DNA from: a virus
Lineage: Duplodnaviria > Caudoviricetes
Virus record (IMG/VR): IMGVR_UViG_3300025732_000037
Location: 1,834 to 65,833 of that record
Length of the DNA stretch: 64,000 nt
Reading direction: 5' to 3' (one strand)
Shown: piece after piece, positions 1 through 9,772 of the stretch
How positions within the stretch are numbered: the first letter of the stretch is position 1
Layout: each line of letters begins with the position of its first letter
Notes under the pieces: model-generated
Told to the model about the DNA's origin: nothing
The model's input: the letters and a program-made list of their open reading frames with translations, nothing else
The model's database searches: none
Program-made: the position numbers and the translations under genes

Positions 1-179
1 TATACTATTGGTTCAAATCCTAATTTTCTTATATTATCAATATAATTTAATTTCTTTTCATTATAGTTTGCGTATCCTTTAAGGTGTGCATTACATCTAT
101 CACCTTTTCCTTTACCAATATAAAATGGAGTTTTATTAATTGGATCAATTAAGGCATAAACATAATATTCCATTATCAT
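1..179 (-). CDS. GIY-YIG homing endonuclease, N-terminal part (runs off window)
   Basis: Hand translation from ATG 179: MIMEYYVYALIDPINKTPFYIGKGKGDRCNAHL (YVY..YIG motif). Start overlaps the g21 stop (TGATG). Confidence 0.8.
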   Translation of the reverse strand, partial: MIMEYYVYALIDPINKTPFYIGKGKGDRCNAHLKGYANYNEKKLNYIDNIRKLGFEPIV

Positions 180-829
180 CAAAGATTATTTAAAAACTCA
201 TTAAATAGACTTAATTTATACTCTTCAAGTATTTTTTGATCAACCAATCTATTAATTTCATTTTTGGTTTTATCAATTAACCAGTCATTTCTTGATGCGT
301 CATAAATCCACTCAACGCCTTCCATGATTCCCTGAACGAATGCATCAGGAGCAGAAGGATCAGCAACAATATCAGCTGCAGTTGCAAGCATAAAGTCTTC
401 ACCAACTTCCTTATAACCACCTCTGATATTTTCTCTCAGTGATCCAATACCACGAGAAGAAACGCCAAGAGTTACACCTTCTTTGAGAAGTGATTCTGCA
501 ATTTTACCCATTGGAGTAGAAAGAATCTGAGCTTTACCGATAAAATTGTTTCCTTCACGACAAAGTGAAACAATCATATGAGAAACACGATCTAGATTTA
601 CTGTAGGACCATCTGGATGACCAAGTTCTCCAAGAGCACGACCCTTATTTACATACTGTTCAGTGTACCTTTTTACTTCACGTTCCATAATAGACATAGG
701 ATACATACGTCCATTACGGTTTACACATTCTGCCTGAAGGAAAGGACCTTGAATAAAAAGTTTTTGGTTTTTACCAGTTCCTTCGGTAATAACTTCAACC
801 TTTTCGATTTCTTCTGTGATGAGTTTCAT
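179..829 (-). CDS. g21: Prohead core scaffold protease gp21
   Basis: MKLITEE start; NRNGRMYP, ALGELGHP, LGVSSRG and DIVADPSAPDAFV motifs of T4-like gp21. Confidence 0.95.
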   Translation of the reverse strand: MKLITEEIEKVEVITEGTGKNQKLFIQGPFLQAECVNRNGRMYPMSIMEREVKRYTEQYVNKGRALGELGHPDGPTVNLDRVSHMIVSLCREGNNFIGKAQILSTPMGKIAESLLKEGVTLGVSSRGIGSLRENIRGGYKEVGEDFMLATAADIVADPSAPDAFVQGIMEGVEWIYDASRNDWLIDKTKNEINRLVDQKILEEYKLSLFNEFLNNL

Positions 830-834
830 AGTTC

Positions 835-1104
835 TTAGTTGGTAAATCCTACTTTTGCTGCTTTTACTAATGATGATGATGACCAAATAACATAAGATGC
901 TGGTTTTTCTAAAAACTCAACAGTATTTTGTGGCATAGTAAATGATGCAGTATCTGCAGCACCAACAGTGCTTGAAATACTTACTGTTGCAACACCAGAG
1001 TTTCCGTTATATAATCTTACGCAAGTTGATTCACTGATACTTGATGCAGTACCTGCAGTCGTCGGTAAAGCGATTTCAGACGCAAATATTTTTGTCCTTT
1101 GCAT
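835..1104 (-). CDS. Small hypothetical head-region protein
   Basis: 89-aa ORF in the late operon with ATAAATA upstream. Confidence 0.7.
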   Translation of the reverse strand: MQRTKIFASEIALPTTAGTASSISESTCVRLYNGNSGVATVSISSTVGAADTASFTMPQNTVEFLEKPASYVIWSSSSLVKAAKVGFTN

Positions 1105-1116
1105 TTTATGAGATAT

Positions 1117-1151
1117 TATTATTAGTTATTTATTATTAGTTATTTATTATT
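1117..1151. repeat. Tandem 14-bp repeat (2.5 copies of TATTATTAGTTATT) containing two ATAAATA late-promoter-like motifs on the minus strand
   Basis: Units at 1117-1130, 1131-1144 and partial 1145-1151. Confidence 0.7.
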
Positions 1152-1154
1152 TAA

Positions 1155-2705
1155 TCAATCCTCAATAAATGTAATGCCAGCATCAACTCTGTTTATCTGT
1201 CCAGAAGAACTAATTGCTAATGCAAGTCTTGTTTTTGGTGGTAAAACTATTCTCAAATCTGAAATATCAATAGTTTCAGAAGAACCTGAGGTAATAACAA
1301 AAACTGCTAAAGGAGTTCCTGTGATTGTTGCATCTGTAGTAGAATATGCAGAAGCATTACCAACTTTTGTAAAACTTGGAGTTACTGAATAAGTCGGTTC
1401 AAGATACAAATACACCAAACAGGGAGCATCACCCGCAGTTTTAGCACCGCAAGTTAGTTTTTTAACTATAATTTCCCTAGAATTAATTTTATTATTTGAT
1501 GTAATATTTCCTTTAATTGAAAGTAAATGTGTAATAGTATCTGCTGGTATTGAAGTAGTCCTTGATGAATATGCTGCAACTGGATAATCTACTGGAGAAA
1601 TAGGACCCTCAATAGCACCTAAAATTGATGCTCCAGATATTGTTACTCCCAATCCACTATTACCTGAGAGTTCTGCAGCAACATATCCAATCTTTAATGA
1701 TGGATTATCTAAATGGACTGTAGTATTTTGATTACTATAATGCTCGTGGTGAATAAAAATCATATCACCATTAGTTGGATTTTCTATTGCATAATGCATC
1801 TCACCAGCACCCAACCAACGGAAATTGATTTGGAATACATTTAATGTTTGTGGATTAAGAGTAACCAAAGAAGGATTGGATGTCCCACCAACACCAGTTA
1901 AATTATCAAGGTTCCAATCTTCCTGATAAGTCCAGTGTTCTGTTTGATTTACTCCCGTTTGTGCAGTAGTTGATGTTGCTACAAGTGTTCCATTACTCGT
2001 CATAGAGAATGTTCCACTCTTGGGTCCAAGACTATTTGATATGAACATTATTTCATTACTTCTATAATCAACAGTCCATCCTGGAAATTTTTGTGTTCCT
2101 ATTCCAGCAGCATTATCAAAAGTAGTTGTTCCCGCACCAATACTTACAGTCGTTGCAGTTCCTGCAAGAGTAACTGTGATATTTTCTGTTCCTGATGCTT
2201 TAGTATCAATAGTAAATCTGTGAAGATGTGCTTTACCTCCATTTGCACGAACAATACCAAACTTACCATCAGTATTGTATCCAACCTGAAGTGCTTGTTC
2301 TTGTGTAAAGAATCCTGCTCTTTGTGTATAACCCGTTCTTCCAACATCAAACTTTGCAGTAAATCTTGCAAGAGCACCTTGTCCAGGACGATATCTTACT
2401 GTTTTTTTGGAACGAACAACTCCATAACCATAAGCACCAGTTCCTGTTGATGCTTCAATTAAATGATTTGAAGTTGTAATTCCTGTTCCAAATTCATATC
2501 TTTCAACTTTATTTGGGTCAAGTCCATAAATTCCATCAAATTGAATGATTGGAGTTGGAGTGACTGTGAGTAGTTCTCCAAAAGCACTTCTAGAAGTGGC
2601 ACCATCGTTTAGTATGTTTCCATATTGATCTGCACGAATATAGACTTCATGTAGGCTTCTTTCTTGATTTAAATAATCTTGTTTAGTCTTATTCCACTGT
2701 GCCAT
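1155..2705 (-). CDS. Hypothetical protein, probably virion structural (beta-rich)
   Basis: 516-aa G/T/S-rich ORF between g20 and g21. Confidence 0.6.
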   Translation of the reverse strand: MAQWNKTKQDYLNQERSLHEVYIRADQYGNILNDGATSRSAFGELLTVTPTPIIQFDGIYGLDPNKVERYEFGTGITTSNHLIEASTGTGAYGYGVVRSKKTVRYRPGQGALARFTAKFDVGRTGYTQRAGFFTQEQALQVGYNTDGKFGIVRANGGKAHLHRFTIDTKASGTENITVTLAGTATTVSIGAGTTTFDNAAGIGTQKFPGWTVDYRSNEIMFISNSLGPKSGTFSMTSNGTLVATSTTAQTGVNQTEHWTYQEDWNLDNLTGVGGTSNPSLVTLNPQTLNVFQINFRWLGAGEMHYAIENPTNGDMIFIHHEHYSNQNTTVHLDNPSLKIGYVAAELSGNSGLGVTISGASILGAIEGPISPVDYPVAAYSSRTTSIPADTITHLLSIKGNITSNNKINSREIIVKKLTCGAKTAGDAPCLVYLYLEPTYSVTPSFTKVGNASAYSTTDATITGTPLAVFVITSGSSETIDISDLRIVLPPKTRLALAISSSGQINRVDAGITFIED

Positions 2706-2708
2706 TTA

Positions 2709-3029
2709 TCAATCAATCCATTCTAATTTAGATGGGTGATATCTTTGTACGTTTTTAATATTTAAATTCTTTTCCACAACGGGATAAATTTGATGAACAA
2801 CTGCTCCAGGATAGTCGGATTGAAGTTGCTCACCAAGATCTCTAGTTGATGGAATTCCGTTTTTAGTAATAAGTTCTAAACGATATAAACTTCCCTGCCA
2901 CATTACATCGGCAACATATTCCTCACCGACTTGTTGTGGTTGTTCTGATTGTGAGTTGATATAAAGATTTCCTGTGAAATCTCCAGCAATATTAACTGAT
3001 TCTGAGATAAATTGCTTGAAAGATTTCAT
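2709..3029 (-). CDS. Hypothetical protein with capsid-targeting-like N-terminus
   Basis: Begins MKSFKQFISES, similar to the T4 internal-protein CTS MKTYQEFIAE. Confidence 0.65.
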   Translation of the reverse strand: MKSFKQFISESVNIAGDFTGNLYINSQSEQPQQVGEEYVADVMWQGSLYRLELITKNGIPSTRDLGEQLQSDYPGAVVHQIYPVVEKNLNIKNVQRYHPSKLEWID

Positions 3030-3030
3030 G

Positions 3031-3189
3031 TCATTCCTCGTTTTGATCTACATCAAACATACTCATTGCCACTGCGGGACGAATTTCATCAATCTTTTCG
3101 GATGCTTTTGCAAACAAGAGATCTTTGATTTTATCGCTGATATTAGATGGGGACTCATCCGCAACAATCATATCCAGTAAATCATCCAT
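3031..3189 (-). CDS. Small acidic prohead core protein (gp67-like by position)
   Basis: Hand translation MDDLLDMIVADESPSNISDKIKDLLFAKASEKIDEIRPAVAMSMFDVDQNEE, directly after g20. Confidence 0.7.
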   Translation of the reverse strand: MDDLLDMIVADESPSNISDKIKDLLFAKASEKIDEIRPAVAMSMFDVDQNEE

Positions 3190-3220
3190 TTTTATTAGTC
3201 CAATTAAGAGTCGTTTTTAT

Positions 3221-4912
3221 TTATATCTCACCACCCTTTGGCATTTCAATTGCTTTAGTATCAATTTGCGTCATTTTTTCATCAGAACGTAAATCTGGTT
3301 CCATAACTGGTTGACCCAAATCCATACCAGCAGACTCTGGACCTAATGGCATACCAGTAGTTGGATCTATTGTCATATTTGGATCTGGAATAATACCATC
3401 TTTAATTTCTTTTTCAATAATAGCATCTTGCTCAATAATTTCACTATCAGTTTGTCTTAGAATTTTACGTCTTACATAATCCTGAGAGAAATATTTTCCA
3501 ACATATGGTTCAGCAACTTGAACCATACTCAATCTTTCATTGAGTAGTTCTGCATCTTTAAGTTCTGCAAAATGATTATCATATAAGAAATCATACTGAA
3601 TATGCTCATCCATTATTGCCCAATCTTCTGGTGTAATAATGTTTTTAAGAATTAACTGAGTTTTCAGCATATCACTGAACATATGTGAAAATCTCTTTCT
3701 CAATCTCGAAACAAACTTACTGAACTTAACTTCATCGCGCAAAATTTCAGAAGAACGACCAAGATTAAAACCACCTTCTCCGTCCATTCTTGATGGTGGA
3801 ACATTCAACGAACGATAAAGTTTTTTCTGGAAATAATTAATATCTGTGATTTCTCCAAGATTTTGTCCTCCGGGAAGAGTTGAGATTTCTGTGCCTCTAC
3901 CACCTTCCCTTCTTGGGAGCCAAAAATCTTCAAGCATCGCCATAAACTTTTTATCATCACGAATTTCTCCCGTATTTGCATCGTAAACAAGTTTATTGCG
4001 ATACCTCATCATAACATCTCTGAGATATTGCTCTGCTTTTACTTTTGGTAAATTGCCAACATCAATATAGAAAATCCTTCTTTCTGGTGCGCGAGAAAGA
4101 CGATAAATTACTAGTGAGTCTTCAATCATTCTAAGTTGATTGAGTGACTTAATTGCTTTATGGAGATAAGAAAGAGTTGAACCTTTATTTCTATCTACCA
4201 GTCCAGATGTACAATAAGTAATGGAATCTTTTGTCATTTTGATTCCAGCATTTGACCCACCTAAAGATCCTGGAGATGGAGTTCCTGTGGGATATGACAT
4301 TTTTGGTTCATAGATAAAGTATTCTTCAATTTCAGGAAAGTCATAATCCATTGGATTATTGACTGTTCTATTTGAAAGTTTATATTTGTCGCTTTCCTTT
4401 TTTTTAGCCTGACGTACATAACGCATTTTCATTGCGTCAATATACCTCAATTCTTGTATACCCGCCTCTGGATTTTTTAAATCTATTATTTTATGGTAGT
4501 AAAGTCTACCGTCAATATACCAATTTCTGTAAATTTCATGAGATTTTTTATCAAAATCTAAAAGTTCTAAAATATATTTGAATTCTTGTCTGATTTTTTT
4601 CTTAATACCATCACTTGCATTCAGATTATCCAAATCAATTTGGACGGGACTATCATTTGTATCCGATACTATAGCTTCGTTAACAATATCTTCAATAGCA
4701 CTATCGCATTCTGGGTGAAGAGCCATTTCACGATATCTTTTAATGAGATCAAACTCTGTTCTATAAACACCCTCAATATCTACATAAGAACCAAAAAAAC
4801 CACTACTCAGATAATGGTCAACCCCGTCCTCCTTATTTGGGGGAACGGGGGAAACCGAACTTTGAGATAATGAATTGTTATCTTCAATCGAAAAACCAAA
4901 TAGTTTCGCCAT
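3221..4912 (-). CDS. g20: Portal vertex protein gp20
   Basis: YRLSRAPERRIFYIDVGNLPK and EDFWLPRREGGRGTEI motifs. Confidence 0.98.
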   Translation of the reverse strand: MAKLFGFSIEDNNSLSQSSVSPVPPNKEDGVDHYLSSGFFGSYVDIEGVYRTEFDLIKRYREMALHPECDSAIEDIVNEAIVSDTNDSPVQIDLDNLNASDGIKKKIRQEFKYILELLDFDKKSHEIYRNWYIDGRLYYHKIIDLKNPEAGIQELRYIDAMKMRYVRQAKKKESDKYKLSNRTVNNPMDYDFPEIEEYFIYEPKMSYPTGTPSPGSLGGSNAGIKMTKDSITYCTSGLVDRNKGSTLSYLHKAIKSLNQLRMIEDSLVIYRLSRAPERRIFYIDVGNLPKVKAEQYLRDVMMRYRNKLVYDANTGEIRDDKKFMAMLEDFWLPRREGGRGTEISTLPGGQNLGEITDINYFQKKLYRSLNVPPSRMDGEGGFNLGRSSEILRDEVKFSKFVSRLRKRFSHMFSDMLKTQLILKNIITPEDWAIMDEHIQYDFLYDNHFAELKDAELLNERLSMVQVAEPYVGKYFSQDYVRRKILRQTDSEIIEQDAIIEKEIKDGIIPDPNMTIDPTTGMPLGPESAGMDLGQPVMEPDLRSDEKMTQIDTKAIEMPKGGEI

Positions 4913-4948
4913 AATTTATTTTATACTTAATTGAATAATAAGTATTTA

Positions 4949-5560
4949 TTATTCTCCTATTTCTCCTTTTAGCGCAGGAGTCCAGTATTGAACTTGGAAT
5001 GAAACTGAGAACTCTTCAATAGTATTAGTTGAATCATAACTTAGATCAATTGCACTAATAGAAGTTGGGAAGATATCATGAAACTTGTAAATAGTCTCTA
5101 CAGGTGTGCCAGCATTATTAGTGCTTAATCCTTGACCAGTTCCTGCATCTCCTCCAGTTGTTCTAACATTTGCTGGCAACCTAGTCAATTGCTTAACATA
5201 AGCATCGACCATATAACTGTTGGGATCAGTTGCACCACTGGAATCTCCATATTGTCCAATAAAGTTCATCCAATCTTCAAATACTCTTCTGATACTAAAG
5301 TTTTCATCATTAATGACTGTTACTGACCATTCATCATACGTTCTATCTCCAGCTACTTTAAAATTTCTTCCTCTAAATGGAACATCAATCATACCGATGC
5401 TTGATGCAGGAAGAGTTGAAGCCTTGCATAAAATAGAAAACGTGTCATCAAGTGTTCCACCTCCTGGAATTGCTCCAGGAATGCGAACTTCAAATAGATT
5501 GGGGCGGGCCCCGCCGCCAATCAATGTAGACTTAAATTTTTGAATAGTGGATTCTGCCAT
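4949..5560 (-). CDS. g19: Tail tube protein gp19
   Basis: GGARPNLFEV, FRGRNFKVAGDRT, FPTSISAIDLSYD motifs; follows sheath gene. Confidence 0.95.
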   Translation of the reverse strand: MAESTIQKFKSTLIGGGARPNLFEVRIPGAIPGGGTLDDTFSILCKASTLPASSIGMIDVPFRGRNFKVAGDRTYDEWSVTVINDENFSIRRVFEDWMNFIGQYGDSSGATDPNSYMVDAYVKQLTRLPANVRTTGGDAGTGQGLSTNNAGTPVETIYKFHDIFPTSISAIDLSYDSTNTIEEFSVSFQVQYWTPALKGEIGE

Positions 5561-5593
5561 TTTTAGTTCCTCCTTTTAAGTGTCTAATTAAAA

Positions 5594-7798
5594 TCAAACA
5601 GTACCAGCAACTTCTTCAAAACTTACACCCGTTCTGGTAGCAACGAATGTTAGTGTTACATAGTTAATTGACTTAGCAGGTTTCAGATAAATGTCGGCTC
5701 TAAACTCATTGTTATCAATAACATCTGGAGTGTTATTTGTTGTATCACAAACAACTAAGAATCCATAAAGACCACGTTTTGCTTGAACATCGCGGAGGTA
5801 TGGTTCAACGATGTTTCTAAAGTTTGCTCTTGTGATCTCATCATTGAGTTCAAAAAGTTGTGCTTGAGCACTCTTTTGAAGTGCTTGCTCAACAGTGAGG
5901 AACAGGCGACGAACGTTGATTCTATCAAATGCAGATGCATATCCAAGAGCAGTCTTATCGCCAAATAGAAGAATACCAATGCCGGGTTGATTAACGATTG
6001 AGTTAATTCTCTGTGGATAGAGTTGATCTCTTTGTGCTTTGCTTGGATTAAATGCAAGTTTAATTGCATTATTCAAAATTCCTCTTTGCTGTCCTGCAGG
6101 CGAGAACCAAGGATAAGCGGTAATGGAAGTTCTGACCATTAATCCAGCAACATCTGGGTTGCAAGGAACCCAACGGAACTTATTATTAAATCTATCGTAG
6201 GTGTACTTATATCCACTATCAAATACTGCGTAAGATGAAGAAGAAAGTGGTGAGAAGAACTCTAAGATATTATCGGTTTGCGTATCAGTATTTGTAAGAT
6301 CTACTACATCTGCACGATGTGGAGAAATTACCGCAACGCAATCCTTTCTTCCATTAGCAATAGAAATCAAATGATTTGCTTTTGCCTGAGATTCAAATTT
6401 ATTTCCTAAACCAGGACCCATGATCAAATAATCAACTGCAATTTCATCTGCATTTGAGAAGAGGTTATATGCAGTAAAGAGATCTCCTAAGGTCGCAACC
6501 ATTCCTCCACCATTACCATAATCTTTACCGCCGGATAATGTATAAGTTACGTTTCCTAAGGCACTAAAAGTTCTATCTTGAGCCTGTAAGTTCCAAAGAC
6601 CTTCTGCTGTTGTAAAACCTACGAATCCAGTACTAAATCCAGTTTGAACAACTGTTTCATTTGGAACTAAGTTATCCGAAGGATTATCTCCAGCATAAAC
6701 ATAGTTTGAATATATTGCAAGATAATTTTTCCACCAATTTTTTTGTGGAGAATTGACTGCAGAAACAGAATCAGATGCTTTAGAAATGCCAATATGTTTT
6801 TCAAGTAGGTTGCCTTGAATACCAGTTACTGTTCCGGTATCATCTACAACTACAACGTGAATCTCATCACTCCTACCATTTCTTTGTGCAGAATACTGAC
6901 TTGTTCCTGGTTTTGGTGCAATTGAACTCCAGTAAATCGAAGTATTCGTAAGTTGTAGTACTTGCTGGTTGTACCAATCTAAAATTGGTGACGCTCCAGT
7001 GTCAATTGTTGCAGAAGTTGTTGCAACACCAGCACTTGTGATAAAGTCAACTGTTAAGTTTCCAGTCCCACTTGAAGTTCTAAATGATCTTAGTTGTGAC
7101 TTTTGTGCATATGTTACTAATGTTTCGACGTTGTTTGTGTCTACAGCGGAAACAATTTTTACTTCAACCGTGCTTGCCCCAATTCCTGTCACAATACCCT
7201 TTAAGTATCCATTAAATAGTGAAGTTGTTCCAATTCCAGCAGATGGTACATTTGTTAAAGTAGTTGTAATGCCCATTCCAACAGTAACATTTGTAGTTAC
7301 TGCAGATCCTACTTTAAGGATTTGATCTGCCTTATCATCAATTACACATACTTTAAGATTGTTTGACCAAGACCCTGGATTTTTAGCAGCAAAAATGTAA
7401 TTAAGTCCAGTATCTTCATCAAATGGACCTGCTTCATAAGCATCAAAATTCTTAATTTTGAGTGTAGGAACTCCTGCGGTAGAGATACCTGCTGAGTTTC
7501 TGATAGCATTAGCATTTACTAGGTTGTCTCCATCTACACGAGCAACCTTAAGAACACCACCATATGAAAGGAATGAAGATGCACTCATCCAATATTCATA
7601 TTGTCCGTCAGTTGACAGTGGTTTTCCGAATACATTGATAAGTTCTCTTTCGTTAGTAATATCAATTGGTTCTTCAACTGGACCAAGTGCAAAAGGACCT
7701 GCAATTGCTCCAATGTTATCTAAAACATTATCAGCTCTTCCTACTGTTAAATCAACCTCTCTGACGAGTACGCCTGGAGATAATTGAGGAGTCGCCAT
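5594..7798 (-). CDS. g18: Tail sheath protein gp18
   Basis: SPGVLVREVDLT, PWFSPAG, FDRINVRRLF motifs. Confidence 0.97.
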   Translation of the reverse strand: MATPQLSPGVLVREVDLTVGRADNVLDNIGAIAGPFALGPVEEPIDITNERELINVFGKPLSTDGQYEYWMSASSFLSYGGVLKVARVDGDNLVNANAIRNSAGISTAGVPTLKIKNFDAYEAGPFDEDTGLNYIFAAKNPGSWSNNLKVCVIDDKADQILKVGSAVTTNVTVGMGITTTLTNVPSAGIGTTSLFNGYLKGIVTGIGASTVEVKIVSAVDTNNVETLVTYAQKSQLRSFRTSSGTGNLTVDFITSAGVATTSATIDTGASPILDWYNQQVLQLTNTSIYWSSIAPKPGTSQYSAQRNGRSDEIHVVVVDDTGTVTGIQGNLLEKHIGISKASDSVSAVNSPQKNWWKNYLAIYSNYVYAGDNPSDNLVPNETVVQTGFSTGFVGFTTAEGLWNLQAQDRTFSALGNVTYTLSGGKDYGNGGGMVATLGDLFTAYNLFSNADEIAVDYLIMGPGLGNKFESQAKANHLISIANGRKDCVAVISPHRADVVDLTNTDTQTDNILEFFSPLSSSSYAVFDSGYKYTYDRFNNKFRWVPCNPDVAGLMVRTSITAYPWFSPAGQQRGILNNAIKLAFNPSKAQRDQLYPQRINSIVNQPGIGILLFGDKTALGYASAFDRINVRRLFLTVEQALQKSAQAQLFELNDEITRANFRNIVEPYLRDVQAKRGLYGFLVVCDTTNNTPDVIDNNEFRADIYLKPAKSINYVTLTFVATRTGVSFEEVAGTV

Positions 7799-7879
7799 GT
7801 TTTTCTCCGTAAATCTCAGTTTAACTAAAAAATATTTATTAAAAAGTTACTTTTCATGGGGGAAATCTGACGTGAATAT

Positions 7880-8110
7880 CTACCAATCGGGATATTCCCA
7901 TCTATCGAGAACTCTTGATACTGTTCTACTTGTGACTATTCTTTTTATTGTACACTCTTTACATTCATAAGAATATGATGAAGCTACTGGTCCCCTATCC
8001 TTTCTGGTTCTATAAAAACTTTCTATTAAATTCTTTTCCTCACCGCATATTCTACATATTCTATCCGTAAGTAGTAAATGTCCTAATTTAATTTGCCGAT
8101 CTAAATCCAT
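7880..8110 (-). CDS. Small zinc-finger protein (CxxC..CxxC)
   Basis: CRICGEEK...YECKEC; ATG 8110 overlaps the g17 stop (TAATG). Confidence 0.7.
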   Translation of the reverse strand: MDLDRQIKLGHLLLTDRICRICGEEKNLIESFYRTRKDRGPVASSYSYECKECTIKRIVTSRTVSRVLDRWEYPDW

Positions 8111-9756
8111 TACATATACTCCCACATATACGCTCTATCTCCATATTCGTCTACATACCACCTGTCTCCGTCATTATCAACAAAACTACTTTCATCTAAA
8201 CCATCAGAAATAAATCCAAAAGGTGACATATCTTGCTCAATTTGATTTTTTTGTTCTTCATATAATCTTTTCCTTACATCTTGATCAGTAAGTTCTTTAA
8301 AATAATCTTGTGCAACTAACCATGCATAAATTACCAAGCACATTGCAAGGTCATCATTACAACCTTCTTCAGCCTCAAATGAATTATGCTTTTGAATAAA
8401 TGTTGTTAGTTCACTGATGATTTCATAATCATTCAAAAAAAGTTTATTCTCTTCAATCATCGTCTTAAGATTAAGACATCCGACTTTTTTAACTGTCTTA
8501 GACATCTTAACGCCAAGTTGAGTTTTCTTTCCAGAAAACCCTTGACCAACAATTTGCCCAGCTCTACCTCTCATAGAGCACATGAGAAGATTATTATATT
8601 CTAAATCATATTGAAGGATACTTGCTACTTGATCTCCAACATCATTTACCTCACATAATATATAAGCATTGTTATATGCTGTTGCAGCCTCATTAATGAT
8701 ACTTGGAAATAGCATAGGTTTAATCTCATTATTCCTATACTTTGCAACTACCTTATGTGGAAACTGAGTAATATCAATTACAGTAAAGGCAGAATAATCG
8801 TTTCCTACGCCTCTAGCAACGTCTACAGTGATGAGATAGTCATGATTCTCTTCGGGATCCGTATAAACATCTAAACCTGCGCTACGAGTCTTGGGAGCGT
8901 CATACACAAGCGTTCTGAGTTTAGATGGAGCAATCAATGTATCTACAGATCCTAAAAATTCACATTCAAATTCAACTTTGAATTGAGATTCTGAAGTGTT
9001 GGCGATTGTTTGCTTTTTCCATTCTTCATCTCTTCCTGGAACTTCACTCCAATGAACATCAGTATAAACATACTCATTTTTACCTTTCTCTGCATCGTGC
9101 CACATACGGTAGAAGTGATTCATACCGTGTGGTGTAGAAACAATAATTACTTTAGTTTGTTTACCTGAAGTAATCGTAGGATAAACCGATGCAAAGAATG
9201 AATCTGCAATGTGATTTGGGACGAACGCAAATTCGTCCAAAAATAGAATGTTGAATGACATACCACGAACTGCAGAAGCAGAAGTAGAAGCAGCCAAGAT
9301 TTTACTTCCATTTTCAAGTTCAAGAGAACCTTTGTTCCAAGAGATGATTCCTTGTTGCATCCATTTGGGGAGATTTTCATATGCGGTTTGCAATCTGTCT
9401 AGAAGTTCTCTGGCAGTTGCTGCTTTGTTTGCAAGAATACCAATATTTACATTGTCGTTAAAAACAGCATAATGCAAAAGAAAAGATACCACTGTCGTAG
9501 ACTTACCAGTCTGACGAGGCATCTTACATATATTAAATCTATGTTTATGAAAATTATTAATTAATTTTTCTTGAAAATGATATGGTTTAAATGTCTGTAA
9601 TCCATGATCAAGAGTTACAATTTTTACATAATTTTTAGAAAAATAAACAGGATCATTCATGCATTTAGCAATCTCAAGAACTTGCTCTTCTGTAAATTCG
9701 TGAGTTGTATTTGCCTTTTTTAATAAGGGATTGCCTAAGTAAACATCATTTGACAT
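8110..9756 (-). CDS. g17: Terminase large subunit gp17
   Basis: YLGNPLLKK, Walker A PRQTGKS, Walker B LFLDEFAF, nuclease motifs DVARG and DDLAM. Confidence 0.97.
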   Translation of the reverse strand: MSNDVYLGNPLLKKANTTHEFTEEQVLEIAKCMNDPVYFSKNYVKIVTLDHGLQTFKPYHFQEKLINNFHKHRFNICKMPRQTGKSTTVVSFLLHYAVFNDNVNIGILANKAATARELLDRLQTAYENLPKWMQQGIISWNKGSLELENGSKILAASTSASAVRGMSFNILFLDEFAFVPNHIADSFFASVYPTITSGKQTKVIIVSTPHGMNHFYRMWHDAEKGKNEYVYTDVHWSEVPGRDEEWKKQTIANTSESQFKVEFECEFLGSVDTLIAPSKLRTLVYDAPKTRSAGLDVYTDPEENHDYLITVDVARGVGNDYSAFTVIDITQFPHKVVAKYRNNEIKPMLFPSIINEAATAYNNAYILCEVNDVGDQVASILQYDLEYNNLLMCSMRGRAGQIVGQGFSGKKTQLGVKMSKTVKKVGCLNLKTMIEENKLFLNDYEIISELTTFIQKHNSFEAEEGCNDDLAMCLVIYAWLVAQDYFKELTDQDVRKRLYEEQKNQIEQDMSPFGFISDGLDESSFVDNDGDRWYVDEYGDRAYMWEYM

Positions 9757-9772
9757 AACAAAAACCTACCTC

